Shown here: positions 25,558 to 36,914 of the stretch, piece after piece | Layout of the letters: the number at the start of each line of letters is the position of its first letter | Numbering within the stretch: position 1 is the first letter of the stretch | Source of the DNA: Centruroides vittatus | Lineage: Eukaryota | Assembly: GCF_030686945.1 (NCBI RefSeq) | Contig: NW_027122708.1 | Span: 5,674,248-5,738,247 of the forward strand | Direction of reading: 5' to 3' | Length of the DNA stretch: 64,000 nucleotides | Translations under genes and position numbers: made by a program | The notes under the pieces: model-generated | The model's input: the letters and a program-made list of their open reading frames with translations, nothing else | What the model was told of the DNA's origin: nothing | The model's database searches: none

Positions 25558-26352
25558 TGTGTGAGTCCAATGTATTGTGGCCGTCGGCCATGATATTGTA
25601 TATTTTGTATATTTTATATTGAATTAGTCTTAGATTTTCTTTGTTCCTTTGTCTAACTCTTTCTAGAACTTTCTTTGTCTAACTCTTTCTAGAACTTTCT
25701 TTTGTCTAACTCTTCCTAGAACTCTCTTTGTCTAACTCTTTGCCCTTGGGGGAGGATTATCTTTCCCTCAATAGTAAGAACAAAAGAGGGAGTGAGGCCC
25801 TGAAGCAAAACAGACAGAAAGAGTGCGAGTCTGGGTTGGAATCCCGAAGAGGTAGGAGCTGAAAAGGAGTGCTCCAGAAAGGGAGAAGGGTGATCTAAGA
25901 GGATAAAGTGCAGAGAGAGATCATCGAGGAAAGACGACTCAGTCTGAAAGAAAAAGATTATAGACGAAAGATCTATAAGGAAAAGGGCTACAAACGTAAC
26001 AAAAGAGAGAGATCCGAAGTTGTTCCCCACCAAAAGACACATCGCAAAGAAACCCGGGTATTTCTACTACTTTTCTTATCTTTCCTTATTTCTTCTATTC
26101 TTTCAATTTCTTTTAGTTTTAAGTTAGTATAAGTTAGTGTAAGTGAATACGGTCCTCGTCAGATTGTCGCGTGTGTGCAAGATAACTGTTTTTTGAGGAC
26201 AAATATTTAATGCCTATATATATATTAAATTCTGGAAGTTGTAAAGTTGGGATCCTATGTAAAGAACCTGTTCAGAGAGAATAAAACTACTTTGTATTAA
26301 GTTTTATTTTGTACCATTTCGCTCGCGGGATCGTGTACCTCTTGTTACGAAC
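25558..26352. mobile_element. Solo-LTR-like repeat, copy 1, nested inside the LINE ORF between the RT and thumb domains.
   Basis: Starts TGTGGCCGTCGGCCATG and ends ..CGCTCGCGGGATCGTGTACC..GTTACGAACACCA. It carries TGTG..CACA-type termini, and GTAT on both flanks is a possible 4-bp TSD. It shares about 60-70% identity with two further copies at 49532 and 57971. The LINE frame is continuous across it (ILWC|IHWTH). Confidence 0.45.
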
Positions 26353-28966
26353 ACCATAGTATAACTCCAAAAGAATATGTGAGTACTGGGATGACATATG
26401 TGTTTATTGCTTTAACTGTGTGTTTTGCATTTAACTGTGTTCTGAGAATAGCATTTAACCTACTTTGGTATTCTTTAATTAATCTTTGCTTTATTTGTGT
26501 ATGTTCTGTTAGTTTGGCCTGTTGGAATCCTAAATACTTGTAGAACTCGCCCTCTTCCATGGATTCAATAATGTCTCCATTTCCAAGCGCAAAATCTTCT
26601 TTCTTCAGGATTCCTTTTTCTATGTGAACTGTTTTGCATTTATCTAGGCCAAATTCCATTTGTATGTCCTTGGTGTATGAATGTGTGATTTGTAGGAGTC
26701 GATGAAGTTGTTTTTGTGTGGATGCATAAAGTTTTATGTCATCCATGTACATGAGATGTGACAGTGTATACTGTGTTGTTTTTTCGTGTCTGATATTGTA
26801 GCCATATTGTGTGTTGTTTAACATGTTGGATAATGGATTCAAGGCTAGGCAGAACCAGAGAGGACTCAAGGAATCTCCTTGAAAAATTCCTCGCCTAATA
26901 AAGATTTGGTTTGTTTGTATGGAAGTGTTATGAACCCTGAGATGTAGTGTTGTTCTCCAGTGCTGCATGGTGTTTTCGAAGAATGTAACGAGTGATGGAT
27001 GTATTTTGTACATGTGTAGAATATGTAGCAGCCAACTGTGTGGAACACTGTCGAATGCTTTTCTGTAGTCTATATATGCCATGTGTATGTTTCTGTGTTG
27101 TTTGTGTGCTTGCCGTAGAATGACTGAATCTATGAGTAACTGTTCTTTGCATCCCCTGTGGTTTCTACGGCCACCTTTTTGTTGTTCCGTTAGAATGTCG
27201 TGTTCTTCAACATGTTTGTATATTTTGTTTGCAATACAGGATGTCAATAATTTGTAGAGTGTTGGAAGACATGTAATTGGTCTGTATTGTGTGGGGTCTG
27301 TGGTATTGTTGTTTTTAGGTTTCATGTAGGTGATGCCTTGAGTAAGAAAATTTGGCATGTCTTGTGGATTGATGATGATGTGTGTTAGGTGTTTAGCTAG
27401 TTCCTGGTGCAGTGATGTAAACTTTTTGTACCAGAAATTGTGAATGTTGTCTACACCAGGTGTCTTCCAGTTGTGTGTTCTGTTAACAGTGTATTGGAAA
27501 TCACGTATGCTTATTTCAACACAGGGCATAGTTGGTATGTTGTGCAAGTTTTTGTTCTCCTCCTCGATCCAGCCTGCTTCAGCATTGTGCGTGACAGCAC
27601 TGGACCAAAGAGAAGACCAATATGTTGTGAGTTCTTCTTCTGTTGGTGTGCCACTGTGCTGTGTATCAGTGTTTGCTTTGTTATTAATTTGTCTGTAAAA
27701 GAGTTTTTCATTGTTTGTAAATAATTTATTTTGTTGTTTTCGTAGTGTACATGTTTTGTATCGTTTGAGTCTACGTGCTTTGGCAGCAAGTTGTTGTTTT
27801 AGTGTATCAATGTATTCTGTAATGCGTGTGTTGTGACGTTCATGTTTTGTGTGTGTTTTTATTTTCTTGAAAATGTTTTTGAGCTGTTTCCTTAATTTGG
27901 GTGTTATGTTGTTTTTAGTGTATTGTGTCAGCCTGCCTAATTGCTGTCTAATGTCATTTATTTGTGTTTCTATTCTTCTCTGCCAGGCAGGCTTGTGATA
28001 GAATTGTATTTTCTGTGTATTTGTCTGTGATTGTACTTTCAGTCCATGGTGTGTCACTACTGTGACTGCCCCAGCATAAACTAATGTATGAATGTCTGCG
28101 AGTGTAGAAATTGAATGAATGTAGTGTGGTAGTAAGTGAGTGTTTACATAATTTAGTGTTTTTCCTATTTCCTTTGACGTGTTGATTTTTGGTATTCGTG
28201 GTCTTTGTGTGGGATCTGTGCCTGTATATTTAGTGAGTGTTTCCTGAAATATAAGTGAGAGCGTATTAACTAAATCCATGTCTATGTTATCAGTGATGGA
28301 TGAGGAAGTGTCTGTAGTATCATTAGTGCTAATTGTTGTATGTGTGTTATTATCAATGTTTGTTACTGGATTATCCTGACAGGTTACATGATCTTCATTA
28401 ATGTTAGATGTTTCTGTCTGTTGATGTATTTGATCAGCAACCTGTTGTTTGATAAGTTCAAGTGTTGTTTGTGGAATAAGGTTGTTGTGTATAATTGTTC
28501 TTTTTTGATCAACAACCCTTTGTTCGGTGACAGTGAGATGAGGATATTGTTGTGTGAATCTATGGTATAGTTGTTGTCTGTATGCTGTCATGTTTGTTTC
28601 GAGTTTTGTGATGGTGTAGTAAGTACGGATGATAAACTCGTTCATTTCTATCGTCCATTTCATCCGTTGGCGTGGTTTTCCAGCCTTTGTGGTCTGTGGA
28701 TGCATTGCCACAGAAACACCAAGGCTGGGTTGGTTCCTCACATCTGTTGAGGGCATTGCAGTAGCCATGCTTGGGCCGGTGCTGCTTTCGCCACCGGTAA
28801 CCAAGGGAGACTGTGGCCTATTTTTCGAACGTGAGCCTCTGCCTAACCCACGAACGCGGACCTTGTTAACCCGGGCGACGTCCGAGCCGGTATCACATTT
28901 GGATCTGGTTACTACCATGATACGTATCTCCACAGAATGTGGGTGTGTGGTCACTCTTAGCTTCAT
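26345..28966 (-). CDS. LINE ORF: N-terminal region plus reverse-transcriptase domain. The stop codon at this point belongs to the nested LTR-like insertion.
   Basis: 873-aa ORF carrying RT motifs (KAFDSVPHSWLLHIL, FQGDSLSPLWFCLALNPLS, YMDDIKLY). No AP-endonuclease domain is present. A 5' UTR of about 130 bp precedes the ATG. Confidence 0.85.
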   Translation of the reverse strand: MKLRVTTHPHSVEIRIMVVTRSKCDTGSDVARVNKVRVRGLGRGSRSKNRPQSPLVTGGESSTGPSMATAMPSTDVRNQPSLGVSVAMHPQTTKAGKPRQRMKWTIEMNEFIIRTYYTITKLETNMTAYRQQLYHRFTQQYPHLTVTEQRVVDQKRTIIHNNLIPQTTLELIKQQVADQIHQQTETSNINEDHVTCQDNPVTNIDNNTHTTISTNDTTDTSSSITDNIDMDLVNTLSLIFQETLTKYTGTDPTQRPRIPKINTSKEIGKTLNYVNTHLLPHYIHSISTLADIHTLVYAGAVTVVTHHGLKVQSQTNTQKIQFYHKPAWQRRIETQINDIRQQLGRLTQYTKNNITPKLRKQLKNIFKKIKTHTKHERHNTRITEYIDTLKQQLAAKARRLKRYKTCTLRKQQNKLFTNNEKLFYRQINNKANTDTQHSGTPTEEELTTYWSSLWSSAVTHNAEAGWIEEENKNLHNIPTMPCVEISIRDFQYTVNRTHNWKTPGVDNIHNFWYKKFTSLHQELAKHLTHIIINPQDMPNFLTQGITYMKPKNNNTTDPTQYRPITCLPTLYKLLTSCIANKIYKHVEEHDILTEQQKGGRRNHRGCKEQLLIDSVILRQAHKQHRNIHMAYIDYRKAFDSVPHSWLLHILHMYKIHPSLVTFFENTMQHWRTTLHLRVHNTSIQTNQIFIRRGIFQGDSLSPLWFCLALNPLSNMLNNTQYGYNIRHEKTTQYTLSHLMYMDDIKLYASTQKQLHRLLQITHSYTKDIQMEFGLDKCKTVHIEKGILKKEDFALGNGDIIESMEEGEFYKYLGFQQAKLTEHTQIKQRLIKEYQSRLNAILRTQLNAKHTVKAINTYVIPVLTYSFGVILWCS

Positions 28967-31202
28967 TTCTCCCCATAGACCTTACTGGCATGGGTGTCCC
29001 TACCAGGAGCTTGTGCTCCAGCCTGCATTGCCCTATGGATCAGTAAAATTACTGGGCTCTCCCACCACGACGAGGTGGTGACCATGGGAGAGTTATTATT
29101 ATTATTATTATTATTACTTTTTTTAAATTCTAGCATGATATTCTTTCAAGTTGGATAGTTTGGATTTAAAAATGGATTTTTTCCCATCAGCTCAATAAGG
29201 TTTTTCATTACAAGCACCATAACTTTTGAACAGAAAACATTTCCTATTGACTGTTGGTTGATGACATCTAGCTATAAGCATTTGTATCTGTCAAAAAATA
29301 GAATGTGATCTGTTTGTTCTGTTCTGTGATTTTGATGTCCATAAATGGGTTGGTGCTAGGCAAACAGTCTACACAAATCCATTTTGCTGGATGAAGTTGT
29401 ATAATGGAAACCAGTCTTTACAGTACTACATTATTAAAAAGCAAATGTTTCACTTAATCACCCATGAGTATTTAAAATGAGTGATTAGGTGAAAATATTT
29501 ACTTGGGCAATCATGTGAGGATTTATTATATATATAGTGTATTGCATATATTTATAAATTACATACAAAACCAAGCCTGACATATAGTCATTATAATTAA
29601 TTAGTGACATTATAGGTAGATTAAAATCTGGCTGTATTATTTGTTGGACTTTGTTTTATACAGGAGTATATCTAGGATAGCATGTGCTCTGGGTGCTAGG
29701 TAGGGGACATTGAGAGGAGAGGGTGTGTAAAAGGAAAAGCAGACTAGTGAAGGCCATGTCATGTATTGTCAATATCTCAAACATCCAAACCTGTTTTATA
29801 TGTAATAAAATGATAATTCTGGACTGAACAGCTCTGGAAAAAGTTTAGTTTAGTTCTTGTTTTTTGAATACTAATGATTTGAACCCAAACTATAACTAAA
29901 GTGATAATTTGTCTGTATCAGTTAAAATGGTAATTGTCCAAGGAACTTGGTGCCATAGTGATAATTCGATAAATAGACAGTGTAGTTCTCTTTATTTTCA
30001 TAAAAAATAAGCTCCAAATAGTGTAGAAATGTTGATACTATGTAAAATAAAAAAAATCAGTTGAATTTTTATACTCATATTTTGGGAGATGGCATAGATA
30101 TCACATTTTGTCACTACTTTTTTGTTAAATATATTGTGTATGTAGTTATTATATATTTTATAAAGTATGAAAATAATTATTAATGATAATAATACAATAA
30201 ATAAATATTTTAAAATAATATAATTACTTTAGTGTGGAATTAGAAGTTAGATGAAGAGCTACAACAAAATATTCCAAACTATTTTCTGTACTTTCTTCTA
30301 ATTTAATTCTTTGACTTACAGCAGAAATTAAAATTTGTTTACTTTCAGCTTGACTACAAACTGTAGTTATGACAGATCCCATTTGCCACTAAAAAATTTT
30401 CATATATTTTAATTAAATACACACAAAAATTAAAATTTAATTAAGGGGCCATCCATAAATTACGTAAGGACGATTTTGGCCATTCTAGACCCCCACCCAC
30501 CCATGTAAGAAAACTGTGTAATATTTTTTATGATCCTCCTCCCCTTACCTATCTTGTGTAATATTTAGGCATGATTTTATGGAAAGATTTTAACAAAAAA
30601 ATTATTTTATGAAATCCTAAAAACCTTATGGCCCAAAATATATAATTATTAATTAGTTAATTAATATGTACTATTATTTATAAAAGATTTTATGTGAACA
30701 AATTTAAAAATATAAAAATTTAATGAATTTGAATGAACAATTTATTTTAAAAACTTTATTTTTTAATTATTAACAATCTTTTTATCATCATCATTAATCA
30801 TTATCATAATATTCATTTTTATATTAATTTTAATTTTCACAAAAGGACTTTGACAGATTGACTAGCTAATGCACGCATAAACAGAAACGGCATACAAAAT
30901 AAAACAAGAGAATAGAGAGAAACCCCTTTCCGTTGCCATAATGGTTACATCTTGGCTAAGGCCAAGAAAATAAACTACATGCTGCTAAAATGTGCTAGGT
31001 GCACCTGGGGACTAAATCATAAAGCTTATAAAACTCTATATAATGGGACAATACAAACAATGGTACTTTACATGGCCTGTAACTAGTAAAAATTCAGTAG
31101 CAAGTAAATTACTCTCTTCAAAGACAGTTTGCCATCAGAATTTCAAAGTGCTGTAGAACTGTTTCTACTAATGCCATTCTGATTCTAGCAGAATGCCTTC
31201 CT

Positions 31203-31613
31203 TTGCCACTATGTATTGTAGAAAAGGTTCTAAACTACTACATCAGAACTACAAACATCAAAGCTCAACAACAGTCTCTACTCCTATCTATGGCTGTTCA
31301 TATGCTACCATATTGCAATTACCCTATTTCTGATCACCTTGTAAACAAGGTTATCCCCAAAGTACATTTGGTGCCATCTGCTTCCTCCATGGATAGCCAT
31401 GCAGACATTAATATCTACATAGATGGGTCCAAAAGCCCTGTTCATGTCTGCTCAAATATCTGTATCTTCCTCCAAACTGACATATTTTGCCCAAAATATG
31501 TTAGAAGGTACAGATACCATACTGGCATACTAGGAAATGAAAAAGCCAACTTTGAAGCTAAGTCAGCTGCAAAGGACACTGATGGACTACACTCACATCC
31601 CTCTCCCAGGTAG
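31203..31613 (+). pseudogene. LINE ORF2 RNase H domain fragment.
   Basis: IYIDGSKSP...HTGILGNEKANFEAKSAAKD. Confidence 0.6.
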
Positions 31614-31645
31614 CAAGCCTTAAAAATTATATTCATGACAACGCT

Positions 31646-32053
31646 ATGCAAAAGTGGAATCACTGGTTGAGCAGTAAAACTGGTAGAATAACAAGATTTT
31701 ATTTTCCTGGTGTTGAATGCAGGTTCTCATCACCATTTAAAGATTTAATGTTTGCTACTGCTCAACTACTTACTGAGCATGATAATTTTAGAAGCCACCT
31801 GGTGATGTATAACTGGGCAGAAACTACCTCTTGCTTTTGCTCTACAGAAAACCTAGACACTGTTGACCACATAATCTATCATTGTCCAATTTACGATCAA
31901 GATAGACTTATTCTGAAATTAGAAATCTTTATGCTTGATTTCAGGTGGCTATGTCCACTCGATAAGCTTGTTCAGAAACCACTGTTTGATGCTTTTTATG
32001 ATTATGTTCAAAAAACATGGAAGAAAAGACTATTTATAATTTCTAATATCTAG
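31646..32053 (+). pseudogene. LINE ORF2 C-terminal domain fragment.
   Basis: LTEHDNFRSHLVMYNW...CFCSTENLDTVDHIIYHCPIYDQDR. Confidence 0.55.
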
Positions 32054-32759
32054 TTTTACATTTTAGTTTTCACTAAAAGCCAAATACTAATTTTATGTTT
32101 ATTTTGTATCATGTATTTTGGTTTATATATTCTTAGTGTTATACACCCATAGGAGTGGTGCACTTATTCTAATAAAAAAAAAAAAAGAGAGAGAGAGAAA
32201 CCACCACACAGCCTTTCCCCATGATAAAAAACGTGTAGAGCATGAGTCTGCTAGCATTATTATTCTATCACGTCACACGAGACAATGAGTGTTCTTAATA
32301 GAAACCGCCAAATTGTAAACTCCACCACTCAATGAGATCAAAAAATAAAAATAAGAATATTACGTAAGACAAGATTTATTACCCCCCTACCCGAGTAAGA
32401 AATTGTAAGAAATCATTGACCCTCCACCCACCCCAAAATCCCTTACGTAATTTATAGATGGCCCCTAAATAATAATATTAGATTTAAAATATGTATTGAA
32501 TTAAGTATTACTTTTATTTAAATTTCTATATTATAATTGTAACAAATTTCAGACAATAAACTAAATATGAACTTTTTTTAAACTTACCACTTCAATTTCA
32601 TAATGAAATATTTATCAATTTTAACTTAATTTTTTTTGTTTAACATCAGAACAACAACAACTATCAAACTGAGTTTTCAATTTTTGTTTTCTACATTTAA
32701 GAGAGTTGGATTTTCTAATTCTATGAATTTTCTTAGTTTTATTCTACAGAGAAAACCCA

Positions 32760-33180
32760 TAAGTAAATAGATATGCTGAATGTCAGCAAATGCATGAGGC
32801 AATATTAATTCTGAAAAACACATTGCCACATTAGAGAAGGGTCTTTTTCTAATATTCTCCAGTGGGCATATGGACAAAGCATCCACTGTGTTCATGGATG
32901 TGGGAGCTCCTTGTCACACAGGCAAAAAGATCCAGAATTGGCTGGCAATACAAGGTATCTGCAAGCTTCCATGGGGCAGTCAGTCACCTGACATGAATCC
33001 CATCAAACATGTCCGGAATCTGCTGGATCATGCAGTGTGATGACATCCACAAAAACCTGCTTCCTACAGAGAACTTTTAGATAGATTGTGTGCTTAATGG
33101 GCTAATATTCCACAGGCCAAAACAGCAGAACTTGTTGATTCCATGTCCAATTGGATTAAGGCTTTGCAGTTTTAATACAC
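32760..33180 (+). mobile_element. Tc1-like transposase fragment (C-terminal part, with stops).
   Basis: FMDVGAPCHTGKKIQNWLAIQGICKLPWGSQSPDMNPIKHVRNLLDHAV...RELLDRLCA.WANIPQAKTAELVDSMSNWIKAL (compare QQDNAPxHTSK...WPxQSPDLNPIExxW). Confidence 0.55.
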
Positions 33181-33827
33181 ACATGTGGCATTTGTATCAC
33201 ATGGATACTGTGAAATAAAAAACAGTGTCTGAAAATAAGGATGTCTATTTACTTATGAGTTGTCTCTGTATATAAGCATTAGAATTTAAATAATTTTTAA
33301 ATTAAATTACTACTTGAATAGCCAAGCCACTATTAAAAGTAATAATAATGATTTAAAGCTTATTTTTTTTAAAAGAATTTTTATTTTCAAATCATTGAAA
33401 ATAAGACAATATCAGATAATTATTTTTCTAAAGGAAAAAAAGCTGATTATCACATATTTTACAACATGCTGTCTTGAATATGGTTTTTATTATGGATGAA
33501 GAACATTGACAATGCTTGCACGATATTTCTCAAAATAAATAAATTTCTCAGTGAAATGTCAGTATAATGAAATTGAGGGAACCATTGAAATATTTTTGTT
33601 ACACTGAAATTTATTATATTGAAATACTGCCGTATTTCAAGGATAAAAGAAATTTATTGATAATGATAATGATAATAATAATAATAAAAAAGAAAAATTG
33701 CATTTTGAAGTAAGAAAGTTTTTAAAAATGCAATTTATGTATTAGTATTTATATGAAACCAAATTTTACATTTTCAGAATGTAAGTTATAGATTAATTTT
33801 TTATTCTATATTTAATACAGTGGGTGA

Positions 33828-34783
33828 TTGGTTAATGAACAGTTCGGACAGCAAAAAAATCAGATAACGAACACTGTTGTGAAAGATTTTTATGTTTGGA
33901 CAACAAACACTTCACAGAACAAACACAGAAAGAAGCAACATAAAATAACAAATACCAATTGATTTTCCCTTGTCTCCAGGTAACAATTCGAAACCTTTTT
34001 GAGCGCAGGAGATGCTCAACCCAATACTAATCAGATATTATTCCTCCGAACTTTGAAACTCTCCATTGTGATTCCAGTGTTTTGTTTATCTTTCTGATAA
34101 ATAATTTTTATAGTCTTTTCGAGACTGTTGGGCACTCTAAGTTTTGTGTTGGTTTTTATTTTCTAAAGGTCAGAGTTTAACTGTCTTATCGGATATTTGT
34201 TAACGGTTTAACACCAAAATTTTGAATTTCATTCGGGCCTCACATTTACATAATTCTTTCATGCACTAGTTGGTTTCTGTTCACTAAATTTTCGTGAGTG
34301 CTTTTCTGAACTTTTTATTCCAAAAAGACATTGATAATATTATGAACCCTAAAAAGAGTGGAGTGTCAAGAACTGTGCTCACCTTAGAAACCAAGCAAGA
34401 GATAATAGCCAAGGTAGAGAGTGGGCCAAAGATGTATGATGGTGCTAGGCAGTATGGCTTAAACAGGTCTACAGTAGGCACAATCTTAGCTAAGAAAGAT
34501 ATAATTAAGAAGACTTGAGCAGCTAAAGGAGTAACAAAAATAGCATCTGAGAAACAAAGATATGCCATACATGAAAAAATGGAGAGATTGCTTTTAGTTT
34601 CTTATTACATGTAAATAAACATAGTAAGAAAGTATATAATTTTTTATTTATTTTTTGGGGTTTCCAGAACAAATTAATCAAATTCCCATAAAAACCTATG
34701 GTAAATCGATAATCAGTTAACGAACAATTCAGATAGCAAACAAAGTCTTGGAACGGATTATGTTCGTTAACCGATCACCCACT
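33828..34783 (+). mobile_element. Pogo/Tigger-like non-autonomous DNA transposon (internally deleted).
   Basis: Termini are CAGTGGGTGATTGGTTAATGAACAG and its inverted partner CTGTTCGTTAACCGATCACCCACTG, with a TA on each flank. The internal ORF 34294-34518 encodes an N-terminal helix-turn-helix (KKSGVSRTVLTLETKQEIIAKVESG..ARQYGLNRSTVGTIL) and then stops. Confidence 0.6.
34294..34518 (+). pseudogene. Pogo-like transposase N-terminal HTH fragment.
   Basis: Compare the CENP-B/pogo HTH pattern RK.LTLEEK.EII...E.G.....LAREFGVS.STI..I. Confidence 0.5.
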
Positions 34784-35345
34784 GTATAATAAAAAATTAT
34801 CAAAAAATATCACAAGCAAACTAAAATAATATAGCAGTACTGATTAGTTGGAATCTTGCCTCTCTAATTGTTATTTTTGCTTGAAGTTGTTATTTGTTGC
34901 TAAAAGAAATCTAATTTTTGGGTTGTTTCTTTAATCACAGTTTTTTTGATAAAATCTAGTACTTTGTCACAACATTCAAGTAAGCAATCAGACACTTCTT
35001 TTTGTTTAACTCCTCTTTTGTACATTATCTAGTATTTTATTATTCTCTCCCAAAGAAAACTACTTTCGTTTTTTGTTTTTCTCCATTTTTTCTTGTAAAC
35101 ATAGGGTAGTAGCATCAAAACAAAACCATAACTAAGGATTAAAATTAGTGTTGATAGTTGAACTAGACATTAATTTTAATGTTGCCAAACTTTTTGACAT
35201 AATATTCACCATTTACTAATAATGAATGATTTATGCATTTATAGATTTTGCTATAATGAAACTATTCTTTTGTAACAGAGAATTTTTATCACATTAAACT
35301 GAAATTTTCATTATAGTGATGTTTGTTAAATTGAAACATTTTTGT

Positions 35346-36300
35346 CCAGAGGTATACACAGAGTCCATACAGGTAATTCCATCTTTGATTCCCTGACTAA
35401 TTATGACGTTATTCCCCGACTTATTAATGTCTCTGCATTTCCCCTTTCCATTATGTAATATTTGGCCAAGTCTATTTAAGCCCATTTTGTACACAATTAT
35501 ATTAATTTTTTTATTAAAAACATTATTCACTTACAAAAAACGAAAAACTTAGCTAATTATGTAATCAATTTTATGCTATGTCATTTCTATGTCATAAAAA
35601 TAATTTCATGATTTGATTTAAATTAATTTGTAAATTTTATTTAAAGAAGAAAAAGATTTGTGTTGCAAAATATAATTTTCTTAGAATGAGGAGGCAGTTA
35701 ATTCAAAATAATTTAAACAAAAGAAATCATGCATTCCACAAGAGGGAGAAATAGCTTATTGTGTGCTATTTTTGGTCCAGTACAGACCCATTCAAGATCA
35801 TTACATTTCTTCTCACCCCCTCTAAACTTATAATGGGAGTGGCAAAGTTTAGGTGGGAAAGCAGGTCGTCATCAATGTTTTTGAAAACTTAACTTTAACT
35901 CTAGGGCGATATTTTGGTATATTTTCAAAATTTCATAGGCCATCTGAATGCCACAAATGCAGGCTGCAGATGAAAATTTGTGGTTAGAGAGAAAACATAT
36001 TAGATCATCAATCTGTCAAAATTGGCCGAATTATTATCTCCACATAATGTATGTAGCCAGCAACAAAGAATACAACAAATAAAAATATAAATTGCATGAG
36101 GTCCACCACATGGTCCAAAATTTGCTGTACACAATATTGTTAAGCCAACTGATGGTTCTTTGCCTCCCCCATGGCATCAACTGACTACAAAGGGTTAAAG
36201 ATGTGTTCAGATCAAAAAGAAGTGGGAGTGACAGACGAATTCCACAGTATTTGTGGATTCCCTGACTTTCCAGGTCTGTATGGACCCTGTATGTGTTTTC
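35346..36300. mobile_element. Possible TIR element (unclassified).
   Basis: ACACAGAGTCCATACAGGTAATTCC at 35350 has an imperfect inverted partner GGATTCCCTGACTTTCCAGGTCTGTATGGACCCTGTATGTGT at about 36240-36300. TSDs were not resolved. Confidence 0.3.
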
Positions 36301-36616
36301 TACTTCAACCTCTAGGCAGAGGTTAAAACGTGCATAAAATTGTCTTATAATGCATGTCTTGATAATGCAATTTCTTATAATGTGGAATGTATCCCCACAT
36401 TATACTGGACTCCACTGTATTAATACTTTGTAATATTTTGGTCTATTATGTTTGCATTGCTCTTCTATTCTAAATGTATAAAATTGATTATATTTTCTCA
36501 AAAATTTGGAACTAAAATAATAATCTTTAAAATTTATTTTAAAAGCTTTTAATATTGTATATATTATTATAATTTATATCAAAAATATTTTAATTATTAT
36601 TATTAAACGTTACTTA

Positions 36617-36914
36617 CTTCTTTTTCGGTATTATAAATTAGAGGATTCCGCTCGTCACTCAAATTAAATGACCAAATGATTAGTTTACCAGTAATATCAC
36701 AACTAAATCCAATTTGTTTATTTGGCAAAAATCCAATTCCTGTAATTTTTCCTTTATGATAGCTGCATAGCTGAGAGTCTGTTTCATCAGTGCTGGGTAA
36801 TTTCCAAAATCTTACACTTTTATCTGATGAACATGAAATAAGAGTATCTTTTGGTGTAGCACATGAAGATGTTACAGGACCTGTATGACATTCCAATGTT
36901 GCCACTAATGGTTT
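36617..36914 (-). CDS. WD40-repeat protein gene, internal exon (about 298 bp).
   Basis: aaatttag|AAACCATTAGTG... to ...GAAAAAGAA|gtaagtaacg. It encodes KPLVATLECHTGPVTSSCATPKDTLISCSSDKSVRFWKLPSTDETDSQLCSYHKGKITGIGFLPNKQIGFSCDITGKLIIWSFNLSDERNPLIYNTEKE. The listed ORF 36603-36905 overlaps it. Confidence 0.7.

Larger units (their letters stand above)
22899..29117 (-). mobile_element. Dong/R4-like (R2-superfamily) non-LTR retrotransposon with a single ORF (RT, CCHC motif, restriction-like endonuclease). It is inserted in a (TAA)n microsatellite and carries two nested insertions plus an internal tandem duplication.
   Basis: (TTA)n lies at 29093-29117 and (ATT)n at 22901-22915, so the element is bounded by (TAA)n on both sides. 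The minus-strand ORF reads continuously once the insertions at 25558-26352 and 23426-24711 are removed. RT motifs are FQGDSLSPLWF and YMDD. The thumb motif is LILPRKDGGRGLI. The zinc-finger region is CRKCHIMSETIQHITSGC..RHNQV, followed by RPDITLID...IIDIAIP...EKISKY and a VIVPVV...GVIP tail. Confidence 0.75.
30880..32195 (+). mobile_element. Non-LTR retrotransposon 3' fragment (I/R1-like: RNase H plus C-terminal Cys motif) ending in poly(A)(GA)n.
   Basis: The sequence reads ..AKKINYMLLKCARCTWGLN..LYNGTIQTMVLYMA. The RNase H segment reads NIYIDGSKS...YHTGILGNEKANFEAKSAA. The C-terminal segment reads W..K.GR..R..FP.V......L..LLTEHDNFRSHL..CFCS..LDTVDHIIYHCPIYDQDR. An AATAAA signal is followed by A13 and (GA)n at about 32165-32195. 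Confidence 0.65.
30443..32467. mobile_element. TIR-bounded element whose interior is largely a 5'-truncated LINE 3' fragment.
   Basis: The 33-bp TIR GGGGCCATCCATAAATTACGTAAGGACGATTTTGG has its inverted partner at 32435-32467. The subterminal C-rich motifs (CCCCCACCCACCC) are in direct orientation. The flanks are TTAA and TAAA. Confidence 0.5.
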
